NCBI GenBank assembly: GCA_951804945.1
Contig: OX638158.1
Coordinates: 20,460,001-20,524,000, forward strand
DNA length: 64,000 nt
Origin: Podarcis cretensis
Taxonomy: Eukaryota
Direction of reading: 5' to 3'
The position numbers and the translations under genes were made by a program. The notes beneath the pieces were generated by a model. It did not search any database. It was given only the letters and a program-made list of their open reading frames with translations, and had not been told where the DNA came from. Within the stretch, counting starts at the first letter, position 1, and each line of letters begins with the position of its first letter. Below are positions 13,795 through 28,293 of the stretch, piece after piece.

Positions 13795-15520
13795 GCCACA
13801 CTACAGAAAAAGGAATTCCTCCCTCCTCCCCATTGAAGAATGGTTTCAACCTTCAGAAAGATTTAGCACTGGACTATCTAAGCACAGAAGAATTAATATA
13901 TGGGCTAATCCCTCCACGGCACATATCTAGACAAATCCGCTTAGACATTTAGCGAGAGCCACATCACTTACTTTCTCATCCATGAGATACAGAGATTTTG
14001 ACTGAAGGAAGGAAATATTTCAAATTATCATCTTGAGGACGCGATTATTGGGCATCAGCTACAAGATGCAACTTCCCTTACCTTCAAACGTATTTGTGGT
14101 AAACCAACAATGATTTAATAACTGAGTACGGTAATTATTAGATTGCTTCAGCATTTGGAGCAATGAACTGTGTGATAGAAGCAGTGTAATTGCACAAAAT
14201 ATGGGAGACCTTTTGTGTAATTGCACAAAAGGTCTCCCGTGCCTTGGAGGGGGGCGAGTGTGTCCGCCCTGCACATTTGTGTAAATGTTGGGAACAGAAA
14301 CTCCCATTCCCCAGGGAGCCTTTAAATCCAAGACTGTGCATTTCCACAGCAAATGCTGGGAAACTTTTCTTTGCAACAGCCTCCCATGTCTGGAGCTAAG
14401 GCAGTTTGTGTCACAAAAATAATGTACAGTATATTATTAGAGAAGGCACAGCATTTCGTTTTAAGAATCATTACCTGTATTGCATGGTAAAACATAATGC
14501 CCACCTCTTTTGGATGGAAGCATCCTTAAAAATCTGTGTAACTGAACTAAGAAATGGCCCTTCTTTAAGGACCTATGAGCAGCCCTGCCAGATCAGACCA
14601 GAACTCTGACTTCCCAGAGCAGACAAAATGCCCCTGGGAAGGCATAAAAAGGAAGGCATGGATGCCCTAGCCCAGGGACTGAGAAATCTTTTTTTAACTC
14701 CAAAGGTCCCATTGCCTTCCAGGGGTGACATGTCTATGGTGGGCAGGGTCAGAGACAAAAGGAGGTGGAACAATGGATGTAAACATTACCTCTATACAGC
14801 AGGCTAGCTTCTGCACACACCAGGGTTCGAAATTAGCAGGTGACAGGCGCATTTTGTGCCTAAAGATTATCCATATTGCAAGCACCTCAAAAAGTCTGGG
14901 TGCCATTTTTTGCGCCTGGCTGACACTCAAGATTCCTGACAATATGTTAAGGAGTTTAACAATAAAGAGTAGAGTGTTTTGAAAACTGAAGTATCGTATC
15001 AATATTTTTATTGTAAACAGCAAATTAAACATGCATTAGCAATTTCTGCTAAAAATGTGATATTAATAACGTGTTACTTATGTGAATTGTGTATTCATTC
15101 ACGCTTATCAAAATAATAAATAAAAAGTATTGCTGATCTCCCCACCCCCCAAAGTGGCGACTAGACATTCTGTTTTGGTGCTCACAACCCAGGTGGCTGA
15201 AGCCATTTGACTCCTAACTTTTATATCCCAGTTTGTAACACTGGCACACTGATAATGCAAGCTACATTATCAGAATTGAAGGGCACATTCCAGACAGTCA
15301 AAAACACTCATGGAGGGTGAGAAGCAGGGCCAAGCAGAGGGTGTGGCCTAGAGAGAGTCTCAACAGCCAGGCAGAGAAGCTTAGAAAGCCACATTCGGCC
15401 ACCAGGCTGATATTTTCCACACTTGCCCTAGCCCTCCACTGCCACTACCCTCTACCCAGAGAAGTGGTATTCAAAAGCATCCTGTCTAATCCCAGATGCA
15501 GCATAGAACCATCATGACTA

Positions 15521-15791
15521 AGATGAAGGATTTGCTGAAATATCTATTTGAATTAGAATACAAAGAGGGGAGGTGTGAGGAGGTCAAGGAGATAAGTTAA
15601 GAAAGGGAGTTATACTAAAGTTTAACTTGTTGTTTTTTTTGTCTTTTTGATTGTATGCTTTTTTTCTTTTTTGCTGTCTTTGTTTTTTTATTTTTTATTT
15701 TTATTTTTCTCTTGGATATGTTTTGTTTTTGTATATTGTGTTCCTTTTTGTAATCTTTTAAAACTTGAATAAATATTATTTGGAAAAAAAA
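15521..15791 (+). mobile_element. 5'-truncated L1/Tx1-type insertion with 18-bp TSD
   Basis: TSD ATAGAACCATCATGACTA at 15503-15520 and 15792-15809; T-rich 3' UTR, AATAAA, poly(A). Confidence 0.85.
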
Positions 15792-18700
15792 ATAGAACCA
15801 TCATGACTAGCTGCCGCTGACAACTTTATCCTCCCCGAATTTGTATGAGAAAAACTACAAGCCCAGTTTTGCAAGCAACACTGAGCTGACTTACATCTTA
15901 GCGCAGCAGCACCTGGGAAGGAGCAAAATGAAGGCAATCTTCCTTCTGGGTACCCACACACTGACTTGTTCCTGCTAAACCATGGTTTGGCTTCATGTTA
16001 TGTGCAAAGTAGACCTGTGTGAAGGTCACTTGGGAAGACATCTTGGGTGTGGCCTGGAAATAGGATCGTTTCCCCTCCATATATTAACTGAGCAGCTTTC
16101 AAATGACTATTTTAGAGCATGCTATATACTGTTGCTTTTTTTAAAAAAAAGGACGAGGGTAAATTGAGTACCTAACTCAATGAACTACAAGCAAAACTGA
16201 CCAAATACAAATCTCCCTCTCTTTTATTCTGAGAGTTTCCCCCCTTGGCATAGTCTTCAGTTAAGATTTACCGTACTTCATACTGACAAAGACTCGCAAG
16301 TAATAATTCTCCCCACATTCAAGCAGGGTGGGGGGAGAAAGAAAAGAATTGTGTGCAGATTGCTTTATCGCTCCTTGCTAACAAAGGTTTTCAGAAGCAG
16401 ATGGCAGCCTGTAAAGTCCTACAGATGCTTTGTTTGGAGTGCAAACTCGGCCGCATTGCCTATCAAAGTCAAGCTTCACATTGTGAAGCACTGACCCTAA
16501 CAAATTCATTTTGTTTCTTTCTGTCACTATGCTGAACCAGACAAATGAATCTGGCATAACAAGTGCGGAGACTAAGAAAAATCTTTAAAACTCCTGCAAG
16601 CCGCAAAATGCAGAATGTCCTTGCAAATCTCACTCAGTGCATAAGAAGAAACTGGTCTGCTAGTTATCCAAGGGCACAGGACATTGCAAGAGCTTTGAAA
16701 TCAAGCTCCTACATTTTTCAGCTTGTAGAATGCTCAGTTAGTTTCTTCAACAGCTTAGTTATCAATTTAAAAACTCAGAATGCTGTAAGGGTCTTAAAAG
16801 ATAGTTGCTGGAAGATTTTATGTATGTGTTGCCTCATTAGCAGCACTGGACAGGAACCATTTGGCCTCAGGACTGTTCTGCACAGACAGACAGCATCCTA
16901 GATGTTTTACCCAGACACTCTCCTGGCAGCTATACATTGCAGGGTGGTGGTGGAATCAAAAGCGGCAAGAAAGCAATCTTTCAGTGAAGCTTGTTCACCA
17001 TTACCAATCTTCAAACCCAGTTTAACAGCCACTGGACTGATGCACTTATATTTTTCTAGAGTTGTGCTGCTCCAAAATGCTGTAACCGTTCCTCATAGAA
17101 GAACAGTTCCGGCCTCTCAATCCTCATGGCTTAATATGAACAAGCAAATGAGAGTTCCTGGAGTGCAGACGGCAGCCACAGCACACCTCCATCAGTCCTG
17201 AACCTGCAACACTACTCTGGGCTAAGCCATGGTTGTCTTAGCTTAGCACTGCGTGCTAAATGTCCTCTCTTCCTGTGCATCATTCTCTCCCCCGGTCCCG
17301 GGGCTGGTGGGTGAGAGAATGCACCTACAGAGGTAGTATCTTGGGTCACAAAGCTCTTCTAAGGGGACTGGATTTGGCTCAGGGATCTGCAGTTGTCAAC
17401 CCTTGCTTGATAAGGCTGGAAGCAAGCAGGCTTTTTTAATAGATCCAAGGTTCATACACACTTTGGAAGTCCTCTACTCTAACATCTTGTTCATTGATGG
17501 ATCTGCTGCAACGCAGGATACAATGACAGCAGTCCACTACATTACTGCTTCAGGGATTGCTTTTTATTCCTATTTGTACACACAAAATATTCCATGTGCG
17601 AACATCAGAGAAGTATGTGTCGAGGATGCAGTAATGAGCATCGTCTACTGCCTTCTGCTCTGTTGTAAGCATCCTATATACTGGTTATGTCCTTACTATG
17701 AAGTGTAAGAAGCAAGAAATACCACCATTCCTAGATTAAACAGAAGTTCCAGGGCTATCATCTCAGTGGTAGAATCCCACTTTGAAATGCAGCCACACAA
17801 GAAATGAGGGGGAGCCATTTCTGAAGGGAACAGCAGGTGATGTAACGGTGACCAAGAAAAATTCACCGAAAGGCAAATGGCTGGTGGGTAACTGGCCATC
17901 CCTTTCACTTCCATGGAACTTTTAAAAGTGGCCTTACCCAGGTGTAGTCAGTGTGGTGCTCTCCAAATGTTACTAGACTACAAACCCCCATTATCCCCAA
18001 GCATTAATCATGCTCTATTAAATTTTAGCACCCAATGGATTTGGCCCAGTGTTATACCCGTATAATGCATTTTTAAGTTCTTTGTGATTATATAAGCATG
18101 GAGTAAATAAACCTTTGTCTGTCTGTGGTAAGATTTAAAAATCTGACTTCCAAGTTTGTTGGCTAAAGGAGTTTCCTTTTGGGATATTTGATTCCTTCCC
18201 TTCCCCCCAAAAAAATACACAGCTGTTGCCACTGAACTAGCAATTTGAAGGGTGAATGTAAAGAAATAAATCAATGGTATGGCATCGCTGTTTACCATTA
18301 TGCATAGAATGATTCACCACTTTGGCAGCCTGGTCAGTTTATTGCCTTAAATACAGACGTGTCCAGGGACTCACAGAAGGCAGCGTGATCAACTCGAAAA
18401 CAAAGACTCCAGCGGGAAAACAATGGTGGAAGGCAATGGCTGTGCATTGAAACTGAATGAGTCAAGGCCCAGCAGAAATCAGCATGCAGATTCCTCCCCT
18501 TCCCACACACCCATTCTTCCAGAGCAGAACTGAACAAAATTACACACTACATTCTCCTTAACCTTCATGCTGCAACGCTTTAATCTCCACAATGCCAATT
18601 GCCTGCCAGGTTGCTCAAAAGTTTGCATTTCCCTCCATAAATATTTTATGTACAAGGACTATTTGTGTTACCCGTTTCTCTCGACATGTTTTGACAGCCA

Positions 18701-18991
18701 TGCTGCTCATCACATGACAACGACGTTCTATTTAGAACAGCAGCTGCAGACACTGACAGATTGAGTTTCCATCTTAAACAGCACAGCTGAACTCATGACA
18801 TCATGGGTAATAGGCTAAACACAATTCATGAGATGCTGCGACTAGTGGTTAAGAGCATTTGTTTCTGAAAGTTGGTTCTTTAGAGGCGAACTCAGTCCTG
18901 CATGAAATAAACACACAGACCCAAAGCAGACATAAACAATCAGTCATAGGTAATTTTTGCCTTCTCCATGGTTAAACATTCCATCCAAATA

Positions 18992-19228
18992 CAGTGGTAC
19001 CTTGGTTTGCATACGTCTTGGTTTTGGATTACAAACATGTCAAATCTGGAAGTGTGTGTCCCAGTTTGCAACCTTTTTTGGATTACAACCCTTTTTTCTT
19101 TTTTGGATTATGAACATTTTTTGGGGGGGGGAGGCCTCATTGGTGAAAGCACGCCTTGGGTTACAACCTGTTTTGGTTTACAAATGGACCTCCGGAACGG
19201 ATTATGGTTGTAAACCAAGGTACCACTA
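18992..19228. mobile_element. Tc1/mariner-type MITE, related subfamily
   Basis: TIR cagtggtaccttggttt / aaaccaaggtaccacta, TA flanks. Confidence 0.8.
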
Positions 19229-19621
19229 TACATAAAATTATGGTTAAGGATTAGCTGCAATTTAGAATGCAGAGCTATGGTTTGCAAGCCATGGTTATTC
19301 AGTACATGATTAAGAGTTTCCCTGGTTCTCTGCCTGCAAAGGCAAAAGCCTAGGTTTCACTCTATAATACCCTTCAGGGGTAAGACTGGCTTAGGAAGTT
19401 AAAACCTAGTTGTATCTTGGAAGATCTTAACCAAAGATATGACAGCAAACTATGATTAGTGCAAACCATGGCTAAGTGTTAATGTCTTCACTATGATCAA
19501 AGACTGACGAGTATGTTGCCAGTAGTAGAAAGTCATGAGTTCAAATAGAATATACGGAATTCAGTTAGAAAAAGCACTCTGATGGTGGAAAAGCAGGGGG
19601 ATAACAGGGAGGAGTAATTTA

Positions 19622-19880
19622 CCATATTTTTTGCTCTATAAGACTCACTTTTCCCCTCCTAAAAAGTAAGGGGAAATGTGTGTGCGTCTTATGGAGCGAA
19701 TGCAGGCTGCGCATCTATCCCAGAAACCAGAGCAGCAAGAGGGATTGCTGCTTTCACTGCGCAGCGATCCCTCTTGCTGTTCTGGCTTCTGAGATTCAGA
19801 ATAGTTTTTCCCTTGTTTTCCTCCTCCAAAAACTAGGTGCGTCTTGTGGTCTGGTGCGTCTTATAGAGTGAAAAATACGG
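19622..19880. mobile_element. Tc1/mariner (pogo-like) MITE
   Basis: TIR ccatattttttgctctataagac / gtcttatagagtgaaaaatacgg, TA flanks. Confidence 0.82.
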
Positions 19881-19960
19881 TAGTTATCTTCACTCAGTTT
19901 CAGTAAGAGTTTATATCAGAGTAGTATCCTTCATATGTATGTTGCATTACAACTCTAATG

Positions 19961-20096
19961 CAGGGATAGGCAAACACTGGCCCTCCAGATGTTTGGGACT
20001 ACAATTCCCAGCATCCCTAGCTAAGAGGACCAGTGGTCAGGGATGATGGGAATTGTAGTCCCAAACATCTGGAGGGCCAGAGTTTGCCTATGTTTG
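19961..20096. mobile_element. hAT-type foldback MITE
   Basis: Near-palindromic (ggccctccagatgtttgggactacaattccca...); perfect 8-bp TSD CTCTAATG. Confidence 0.88.
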
Positions 20097-20507
20097 CTCT
20101 AATGCAACCAACCTGCCAACCAACAGAAAGGGATGATGGAAATTATAGTGCAACCACATCTGGGAACAAATATTGAAGAACACCATATGAGGGCAAACAA
20201 TACGACTTGCACATTGCAGAGTTATGCAAGCAGAAAGATAAATTTCTGCACAGATTATATCACCAGGTTTAGTTCTAAAGCCCAGTACAAACAATGCACT
20301 TCTCAATCTCCTAAACATGGTCCTGTACACAAGATCAGCAACTTAAGAAGTGTAGCCACACATGAGAATCATGAACAGGATATTACTTCAGAGAGTACTT
20401 ACAGAGAACACACTTGCAGGGGAATGATGATGGCACATTGGGACTCTCTACCTACTTATTTCATAAAATTTTACACTGCTTTACTGTAAAAGACCTCAAA
20501 TGAGTTA

Positions 20508-20725
20508 CAGTGGTACCTCAGGTTAAGTACTTAATTCGTTCCGGAGGTCCATTCTTAACCTGAAGCACCACTTTAGCTAATGGGGCCTCCCGCTGCTGCC
20601 GCGCCGCCGGAGCACGATTTCTGTTCTCAGCAAAGTTCTTAACCTGAGGTACTATTTCTGGGTTAGCGAAGTCTGTAACCTGAAGTGTATGTAACCTGAA
20701 GCGTATGTAACCCGAGGTACCACTG
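20508..20725. mobile_element. Tc1/mariner-type MITE
   Basis: CAGTGGTACCTC TIRs, TA TSD. Confidence 0.9.
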
Positions 20726-21784
20726 TATTTACCACTTACTCCTGGGGACGTACTTTTGAGTAAACATGCATAAAACTGTGTTGTAAAAGTGCACATTCAA
20801 AACCCTTTCAGCTATGCAACTGCGTGGATTCTGAAACAAACCTAGTTGCACGATTACATCCCTAACTCACACCTATTAAAAAAAATTAATGTAATATTTG
20901 AAATATAGGAAAGATTACTAATTGCTGCCACTTCCTGTGAACTCCTGAAATACTGTGGGCAGCATCCTTTTAGGCAATGAAGTGCTACTATGAATATTCA
21001 TAATGTAGTGACAATGAGACAAAAGACCTGGCAACCTCCAAAAAGACTTCTCCTTCGGGGAGGCGGGGTGGGGGGGTGGGGAAATCAGAAGGAAACATTT
21101 CTCCTTCCCCATCTGCTTCAAAGACTTTTTTTTAAAAAAAAAAAAACAGCTCCCTGTTGCATTAGTTCTGATGCGGTCTTGAATCTACCAAGAATACACA
21201 AAACATTACAAAGACATTTGTTCCTCCTGGAGGACACAACAGTCGAATTAATTTTTTGCGGTCATGGTGAGGGCAACCTCTCTCACAAGCATTGCACCTG
21301 CTGTTAAGGGCAGAGCAAGAGACTGAGCTGGCTTTAGGTACTTGTGCACCCAAGACATTTGAAAAGGTTACTTCCATGCTTAAGAACATGTCAGCCAGGA
21401 TTCTACACATTCAAAAGAAACAGGTGGGGGGAATACACATCCCATCCCCAAACTGAATCTTTAAAGGAATGGCAATTATATTCCAAGTTTGTTTTTATTT
21501 TTTAAAAAATCAGTTTGTCTTGGAGATACACACTGTCCCTGGGTCTCCCCTGAGTGGCTTTAAAACAAAACATGCTAAAAATGCAATGTCATTTGATTAA
21601 AAACCAACTAATAAAGGCAGCAATATATATTACCAAGGAAGCATAACACTAGCTAGATTTAATACAATTTAAAAGCCAGGATAAACAACAAAAAAGTCTT
21701 TATTAGGCACTACAAAAGGCCACAGAGAAGACAAGGAAATTCTCTCTAGTTAGGCCCCAACTGCACTATACATTTAAAGCAGGG

Positions 21785-22490
21785 GATAGGTAGGATCTCT
21801 GGTGGGGGACATGTCATGCTCCTTCTGGGGTAGTTTGTCCACCTTTGGTCCGCACCCTGCACTCGGCTCTCACCTGTGGCTCCTATAAGCTGTCAGCATG
21901 TGACAGCAGCCACACCCCAGGAACGGCTTCGAATGGCCAGATAAACCAACTGGGTAGCTGATTGGTCTGAAACATTCGGTGAGTTAGGGACTTCCTATGC
22001 ATGCAAAGACAAGCTCCAGCAGAATGAGTGGACAAGACCAATCGTGAGTCCAATGGTGAAGAAGGTGGTTTCTGCACAGGCTGTAGAAGAAGTGAGGGGC
22101 AGATGGGGCTCAACAACCTGGGAAGTCAGCCCATCTAGGAGAAGGGAAACTCTGATCCTAAACCTCTACTGCCTTGCAGGATACCTTTGGGAGATGAAAA
22201 GGCGAAGGAGTAAACCCTACACAAATCCGGAGTGGAGTCCCTAAGGCAGTTGGATGGTGCCTTGTAGCCCTCATTCTGGAAACTCCTGCAGCCATGCTGG
22301 TGCCAAAGGTATTGCCGTTTTCCTTTGGACCACCTCAGTGATGCCGAGAGGGGGGTCTTGTTGTCTGACCTCCATACTCACTGCCCAGGCTTCGGCCCCA
22401 GGGAGCTCACTTTGGTGCTGCTAAGGAGCAGTTTGATTTCACCCCTGGAGGCGCACTCCATTGTCTCTTGAGACAAATGGATGCCAACAA
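21785..22490 (+). mobile_element. Non-autonomous retroelement-like repeat (RTE-like 5' region); shorter minus-strand copies at ~42800-43020 and ~62465-62630
   Basis: cacctttggtc...ctctcacctgtggctccta.aagctgtc.gcatg shared by three copies; (CAA)-type tail; inserted inside a MITE. Confidence 0.6.
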
Positions 22491-23585
22491 CTGCCACTTT
22501 AAACATTCAGGACTTCCCCCAATGAGTCCTGTAACTGTAGCTTGGGAAGAAGGATGGACTGTTAAGCCACTCTGGGAACTGTAGCTCTGTGAGTGGAGTA
22601 GGGTACTCCAAACAACTCACCTAACCCTTAACAAACTACAGCTCCCATGATTTTGGGGAGGGAAGCCATGGCTATTTAAAGTGGTGTGATGCTACTTTAA
22701 CTGTACATTGTACATAGGGCTATAAACAGGCTGTCACTATAGAAAAGCACTAAAGTACGCTTCCTGCCCCCCTTGCAGCAGACTATGCACATCATCATAA
22801 TCACAAGCTAATAAGTAGTTTTGCTTGTGTTGCCATAAAGTGGTAATTATGCCTTTTACAAGGCACTGGTGTCTCACCCAGGCAGATAGAGACACACAGT
22901 AGGATGATAGGGGGATGAGAGCCTGATCTCCTATGGATCATGCCATTTACTTATCACTGTATATGTTTTAGCAATATTAATAAGCTACTTCTAATGTCTG
23001 GAGAAGTGGATGAAAAGACTTAAACACACCCAAGAGGAAAAGGGCAGCACATTTTATTTCCAATATTCAGACTATTAATGCCATATAGGTCATGGCTACA
23101 AACATGTGCACTTGAAAGGACAGTGTGTTTTTGACATACAATGGATATATTTTGATTTCACGAAGGCTGGTGCAGGTAAATCATTCCTAGCTGTTAGCAT
23201 TCCTTGCTGGGGCTGATGGGAACTGCAGTTCAGCAACATCTGGAGGGCCAAAGGTCCCCCGCACCTAAACTAAATCAATTTCAAAACAGAACAGCTGTTT
23301 GCTAACATTTACTTAAACAGCAGGTTATAGCTGTCCTAAAATAATTCCTCCATGTAACAAAAGAGTCAAATGTCCCTTACTGAATGATAACATTCATTGC
23401 ACCGTGACAGACCTGTGAAAGTCTGAAAAACGAAAAAGGGAAGCTAAACAAACTCAGATATGTTAGGAAGATATTTTGAGAACAATCTGATGGAAATCTG
23501 TGCTTTGTGTCCTTCATCAAGATGAATGGCAATTGTGCAGAAGCTACTAATGTAGTACTTTTGTGGAAATATCAAATGTCTACAC

Positions 23586-23721
23586 CAGGTATAGGCAAAC
23601 TCGGCCCTCCAGATGTTTTGGGACTACAACTCCCATCATCCATAGCTAACAGGACCAGTGGTCAGGGATGATGGGAGTTGTAGTCCCAAAACATCTGGAG
23701 AGCCAAGTTTGCCTATGCCTG
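23586..23721. mobile_element. hAT-type foldback MITE
   Basis: Same family; TSD GTCTACAC/GTCTACAA. Confidence 0.88.
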
Positions 23722-24049
23722 GTCTACAAAGAAACTGAATATTGAGTGTTCTGAATAAACAGTTTCCAAAAAGCAACATAAAAAACAAAAACCCACTATC
23801 TGCCAAGTGCACCATTTAAATTGATTTCCATTTATGTTGTTAAATATTTATCTTCAAAAGTCCCAGAAGGAAATCTTCAATCCCTTTTAATATAACTTTT
23901 GATCTGCCATCTACACAACCTTTTATTTTAGGCAGATAGTTACTAAAATTCTATTGAACTCACCCAGATGTTCTTCTAGATGACCACAGATGGGCAACCT
24001 GCAGCGACAGGGCTGAATGTAGACCTTTGTTGCAATTTCATGTGGGTCA

Positions 24050-24165
24050 CGAGGATTGGGCAGCGGTATTGCTACTTCTGTTGACACTATACTTCTGCTG
24101 ATGCAGTCTAGGATTTCATTAGGCATTTCAGCCACCACATTGCAGTAGTGACTCATGGTTAGTCT
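24050..24165 (-). mobile_element. CR1 LINE fragment
   Basis: MSHYCNVVAEMPNEILDCISRSIVS resembles CR1 ORF2 (MSQQC..A.KAN.ILGCI.RS). Confidence 0.6.
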
Positions 24166-25604
24166 GTGGCTGCACCCACCAAAACTGACAGCTGTGATGA
24201 ATTACCCCATACAAAGTCTTAAACTGACGGTCTGAGGGATACCAGGCAGGGATTTCACCAGCTAGAAGAACAGATGTCAATCATATTAACTACATAACTC
24301 TCCTTACACCAACAGGTCAGAGTTTCCCAGGTGACTCCACAAGCCCATACATTTCATTTATTTAGTAAAGACATGTAAAGATTCCAGGTGAGGTCAGCTC
24401 ACAAGTGAAAGCAACCAGTTAAGGTAACAAGTCCCTGCTGACTACAGAGTGTCTCTTCTTTTGCTTTCTATCCAGAACTCCATTTCCCAGAAGCTGGATG
24501 TTCAAATTGTGTGTTCCAATGGCCTTTAGATGCACAGCATCTATCTCATCATTGCATAATAATAATTTATCAACAGCAAAGTTCTCACATTCCTAGTGGG
24601 CAGGCCTTGCGCTGCCAATGAAAGTATCTGTAGATGACCTAAGACGGCACCTGATGACCTAAGATGCAACTAAAACACTTTTGCAACAGGAGCCGTTGTC
24701 ATCTTAAAATCTCAGTCTTGATAATCCTCAAAAAAATCCAGATAAAGATCACAACTCCCCTGGCCACCTATTTCTCATCTTCCATCAATACAACATGGTC
24801 TCAAGTTTCCCTGTTACGTGAAAAGCCCACAAAAGCTATGAACACACAACTCATGAAAAGCCTAAGAAAAGGGGATTCTACTACCCAAGAATCCCACCAT
24901 AAATTGGCCAACATGTCACAGCTTGTTATGTTTTTTACAAAAAGGAATCTTTATGATAACTCTCCAGACCCTTTTATAATTGAAACTAGGCTTCTACCTT
25001 CCTAAGAATTCTTCTTTCTAAATGACATTTTCCCCTTCCAGCAATATTTCTGTACAACACGAGCACTGAAAAAAGTTCTATATAGCCAGAGACACTATTT
25101 CTTCTCAGGAATTTCCAAGAACAAGCATCCCGCCTCAGTGACAAATGAAACTTCAAAAACTCTTTCAAAGCAGGGGCATTTATACTGAGGTTATCCTTGA
25201 TGTTTATATTACATAGCAGGAGTACTGGCAAGAAAATACCTTTCAAGCTCACTCTTCAGATAAGTCATTGTGTTAACAGGTTCCCGACATTATTAATCGG
25301 GGAATTAGTTTGAAGAGAGATTTAAAAGAGCATCAAAAGTGATGTCTTTAGGATGCACAAGAAAAGGAAGATGCCCGTTTCAAACTAATCGCCACGTACT
25401 TGGTATGCAGAGCAAACACCGCTGGGAACAGAACAACTGAACTATGAAAAAACCTTGAAGAAGCAACTCCACATTCCCCCGCCCCAATCACCTGTTATTG
25501 AACAGTGGTAGCAATGTCAATGTGCCCTAGTAAAGTGTTTCTCAGTAACTATAAGCTAGACTCCACCTCCGGTATGGCTGTTAAAGCAAATGTATATTGC
25601 TGGT

Positions 25605-25735
25605 CACAGAATCAGAGTAGGAAGGGACTCGGAGGATCATCTAGTTCAACCCTCTGCAATGCAGGAATATGCAGCTGTCGCATACGGGGATTAAACCTGC
25701 AACCTTGGTGTTTTCAGCACCACACTCTAGCCATC
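25605..25735 (-). mobile_element. Degenerate tRNA-SINE with CR1-type tail
   Basis: Reverse-complement similarity to 1489-1637 (atctagttcaaccctctgcaatgcaggaat). Confidence 0.6.
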
Positions 25736-28293
25736 CTAACACTTGCAGCAACCAACACTGGCAAAGTATCATGTTGTGGCCAGTGCAAAAGAATCCCCTC
25801 AAGTGCCTTTACCTGAGGTCATTCTAGGTGGTTAACCCTTTGCACACGTCTAACCTCAATTGCAAATTTTAGAAGAAAGCTAAAAAGATAGAAGTTCATT
25901 CCATGCCTATTTATGAGCTGAGTCAAGGGATTGAATGGAGTTTCAGCAGGGTCATTTTTCCAGATGAAGACAACCCCATGGAACTTTAATGCTTAGGAGC
26001 AAGACCCGCTAAATTCACTGTGACTTTGACATGGACGCTTTCTTAATATGATCAGACAGGGAGAGCTCAGATTTCCTAAGTGTGACATAGATTCCAGTAG
26101 CCTTTAGCCAGTCTCTTAAATCTGTGGCTCTCCAACTAGTGTTGAACTCCAACTCCCATCAGCTTCAGCCCACAAGGTTAACAACTCAGGGATCATGGGA
26201 GTTACTGAGTCCAACACCATCTGGATAGCCACTGGTTCTCCAAACCTGTTCTAGGAACTTCTGTAATATTATGGGAATTCACTGCACTTATTTTAAATAA
26301 GCCAGCAAGAGGGGAGGAAGAGGCTAGGGATAAGAGAGGAGAGAAAGGAACCTGAAAAGAGCAGCTACACGAAAATTATTCTGTATGTGCTTGTCCACAT
26401 TTTCAGTCACATGGCCCTGATCATGCGAGTTCATACAAGTCACACATACCAGACTACTAAGGACACCCAGTTTAGAAGGGTATTTGTATAAGTTCACCCT
26501 AATTCAGGACAGAACAATTGTCCTGGTGATGACCCAGATGCAGGTAAGAAGAGTTCAATGAAAGCAGTACTGCTACTCCAAATTTTGAACTCAGTTCCAA
26601 ATTCAGACTCAGAAGGTAAAATGAATTCCTCAAACTAAGAACACAGCAGACTGCAGGTACAGGCATTTCAATCTTAAATTACAACATGTCAAGCGTGAAG
26701 AAATGTATTACACTGTCTGATTCTATCAGCATCTTTATTGATTCTGCTAAGAGCTCCAAGAATCAACATCCTATTGATGAAAATGGAACAGCAAGAGGTG
26801 CAGTCATTCCTCCCAGTCTGGTCGTAGCAATTTATAGCTCTCTGAACAAGAGATGCTGCTTTATATGTGGTCACGTAATTTTGTTGTAAGACAGCCTGAA
26901 TAGCAACTGCCTCCAACAAGTGATACTCTCTGTGCTGACAGCATAAAGTACTACTGACACCATGTTTGTATGACAAGCACCAAGCACAGAAGCAAGCAAC
27001 TGGGTATTAGACAAATAGTCTCCAGAAACCTGCAATTACTTCAAGGCATCCAAGTTCAATACCCAGAATCTATGGCAGAGTTCCCCATTATGGAACACTT
27101 GTGCCCACAAGGCCCCTGTTCCTCCTTCCCTTCAAAATGACTTCCATCTTGGTTATGAGTTGGCAATGGTGGTTACTTTTTGGTCTCCTGAAAAATTCCT
27201 AGAACTTAAGTTGGAAGTTGGAAAAGTGGTCTCTTTCCCACTTCCTCTTTCAGCTCTAATCCTAAATTTTTCTTCAACCAAACTTCGACTTAAAGGGGCC
27301 TGCAACTCAGAATACTGCATTTCTGATATTCAAACAACATATATATTTGCAAAACAGTTTCCCCCATGCTGTTATGATATTAGCCATCCATTTTTCCATC
27401 CCCAAAGCATCCATTTCCCATCCCTTCTGGTGACAAGCATGAGCTACCTGGGGAGGGAAACATGTTGCCCACCAGATGTTGTGGGACAACAATTCCCACC
27501 ACCCCAAAGCATTGGCCATGCTGGTTGGGATTGACAGGAGTCCAACAACATCTGGAGGGCCACAAGGTCCTAAGAACATAAGGTTGTAAGAACATAAGAA
27601 CATATGTTCAGGTCCCCACCTCTGAGCAACCTGTAGGTCATTTTTTGAAAATCATTAAGTGATAAGCAAGGCAAAGCATTGTTGCTAGTTAATACATCAA
27701 AGGACTTGCAGCAACACATACACGAAAAGTGCAGAAAAAAACACAAAGCACATAATCGAGTAGATTATCTCCCACCAGAAGATACTATGCATCTGGAAAG
27801 GCATATAAAGTGAGGAACAGGGGCAATCTTCCTGGAGACTGCAGCTAGAGATGGCCCTCAACTAAAAAAATTAGTTGGCAACCAGGTTGAAAGATATATG
27901 CATCATTTGGAGAGAGTACCACTTTAAAAATAAATTAAGGACAACGAAAAGGGGTGCTTCATTAACAAGTTCCCACCTTGCCTCCCACATTTCAAAAAAA
28001 TGAGTCAAAAGCATCTGTCCAAGAAGTGCTCTATAATAGTTGTCTACTAATAAAGCTCTGGTGCTCTATCATACATAGCATATACTGAGTTCATATGTAG
28101 TGGCACTAGGGACACCTCTGGGATTGGGGAGAGGTTTCTGGAAAACATCTGCCCTCCACCCCCTTTTTTTTAAATAGTCTTTGGGGATGAAAATGCAAGG
28201 TTGACAATTCAGTTAGAATGGTTGGACCATGCACCCAATGCTAGTTTTAGCCTATTTTAGTCAGTGGTTATTTGGTCTTATTGTAATTAGATA

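Noticed and set aside
21785-21900. HDV-like ribozyme at the 5' end of the RTE-like repeat
   Set aside because: Could not build the nested double pseudoknot by eye, and the three copies differ in this region.
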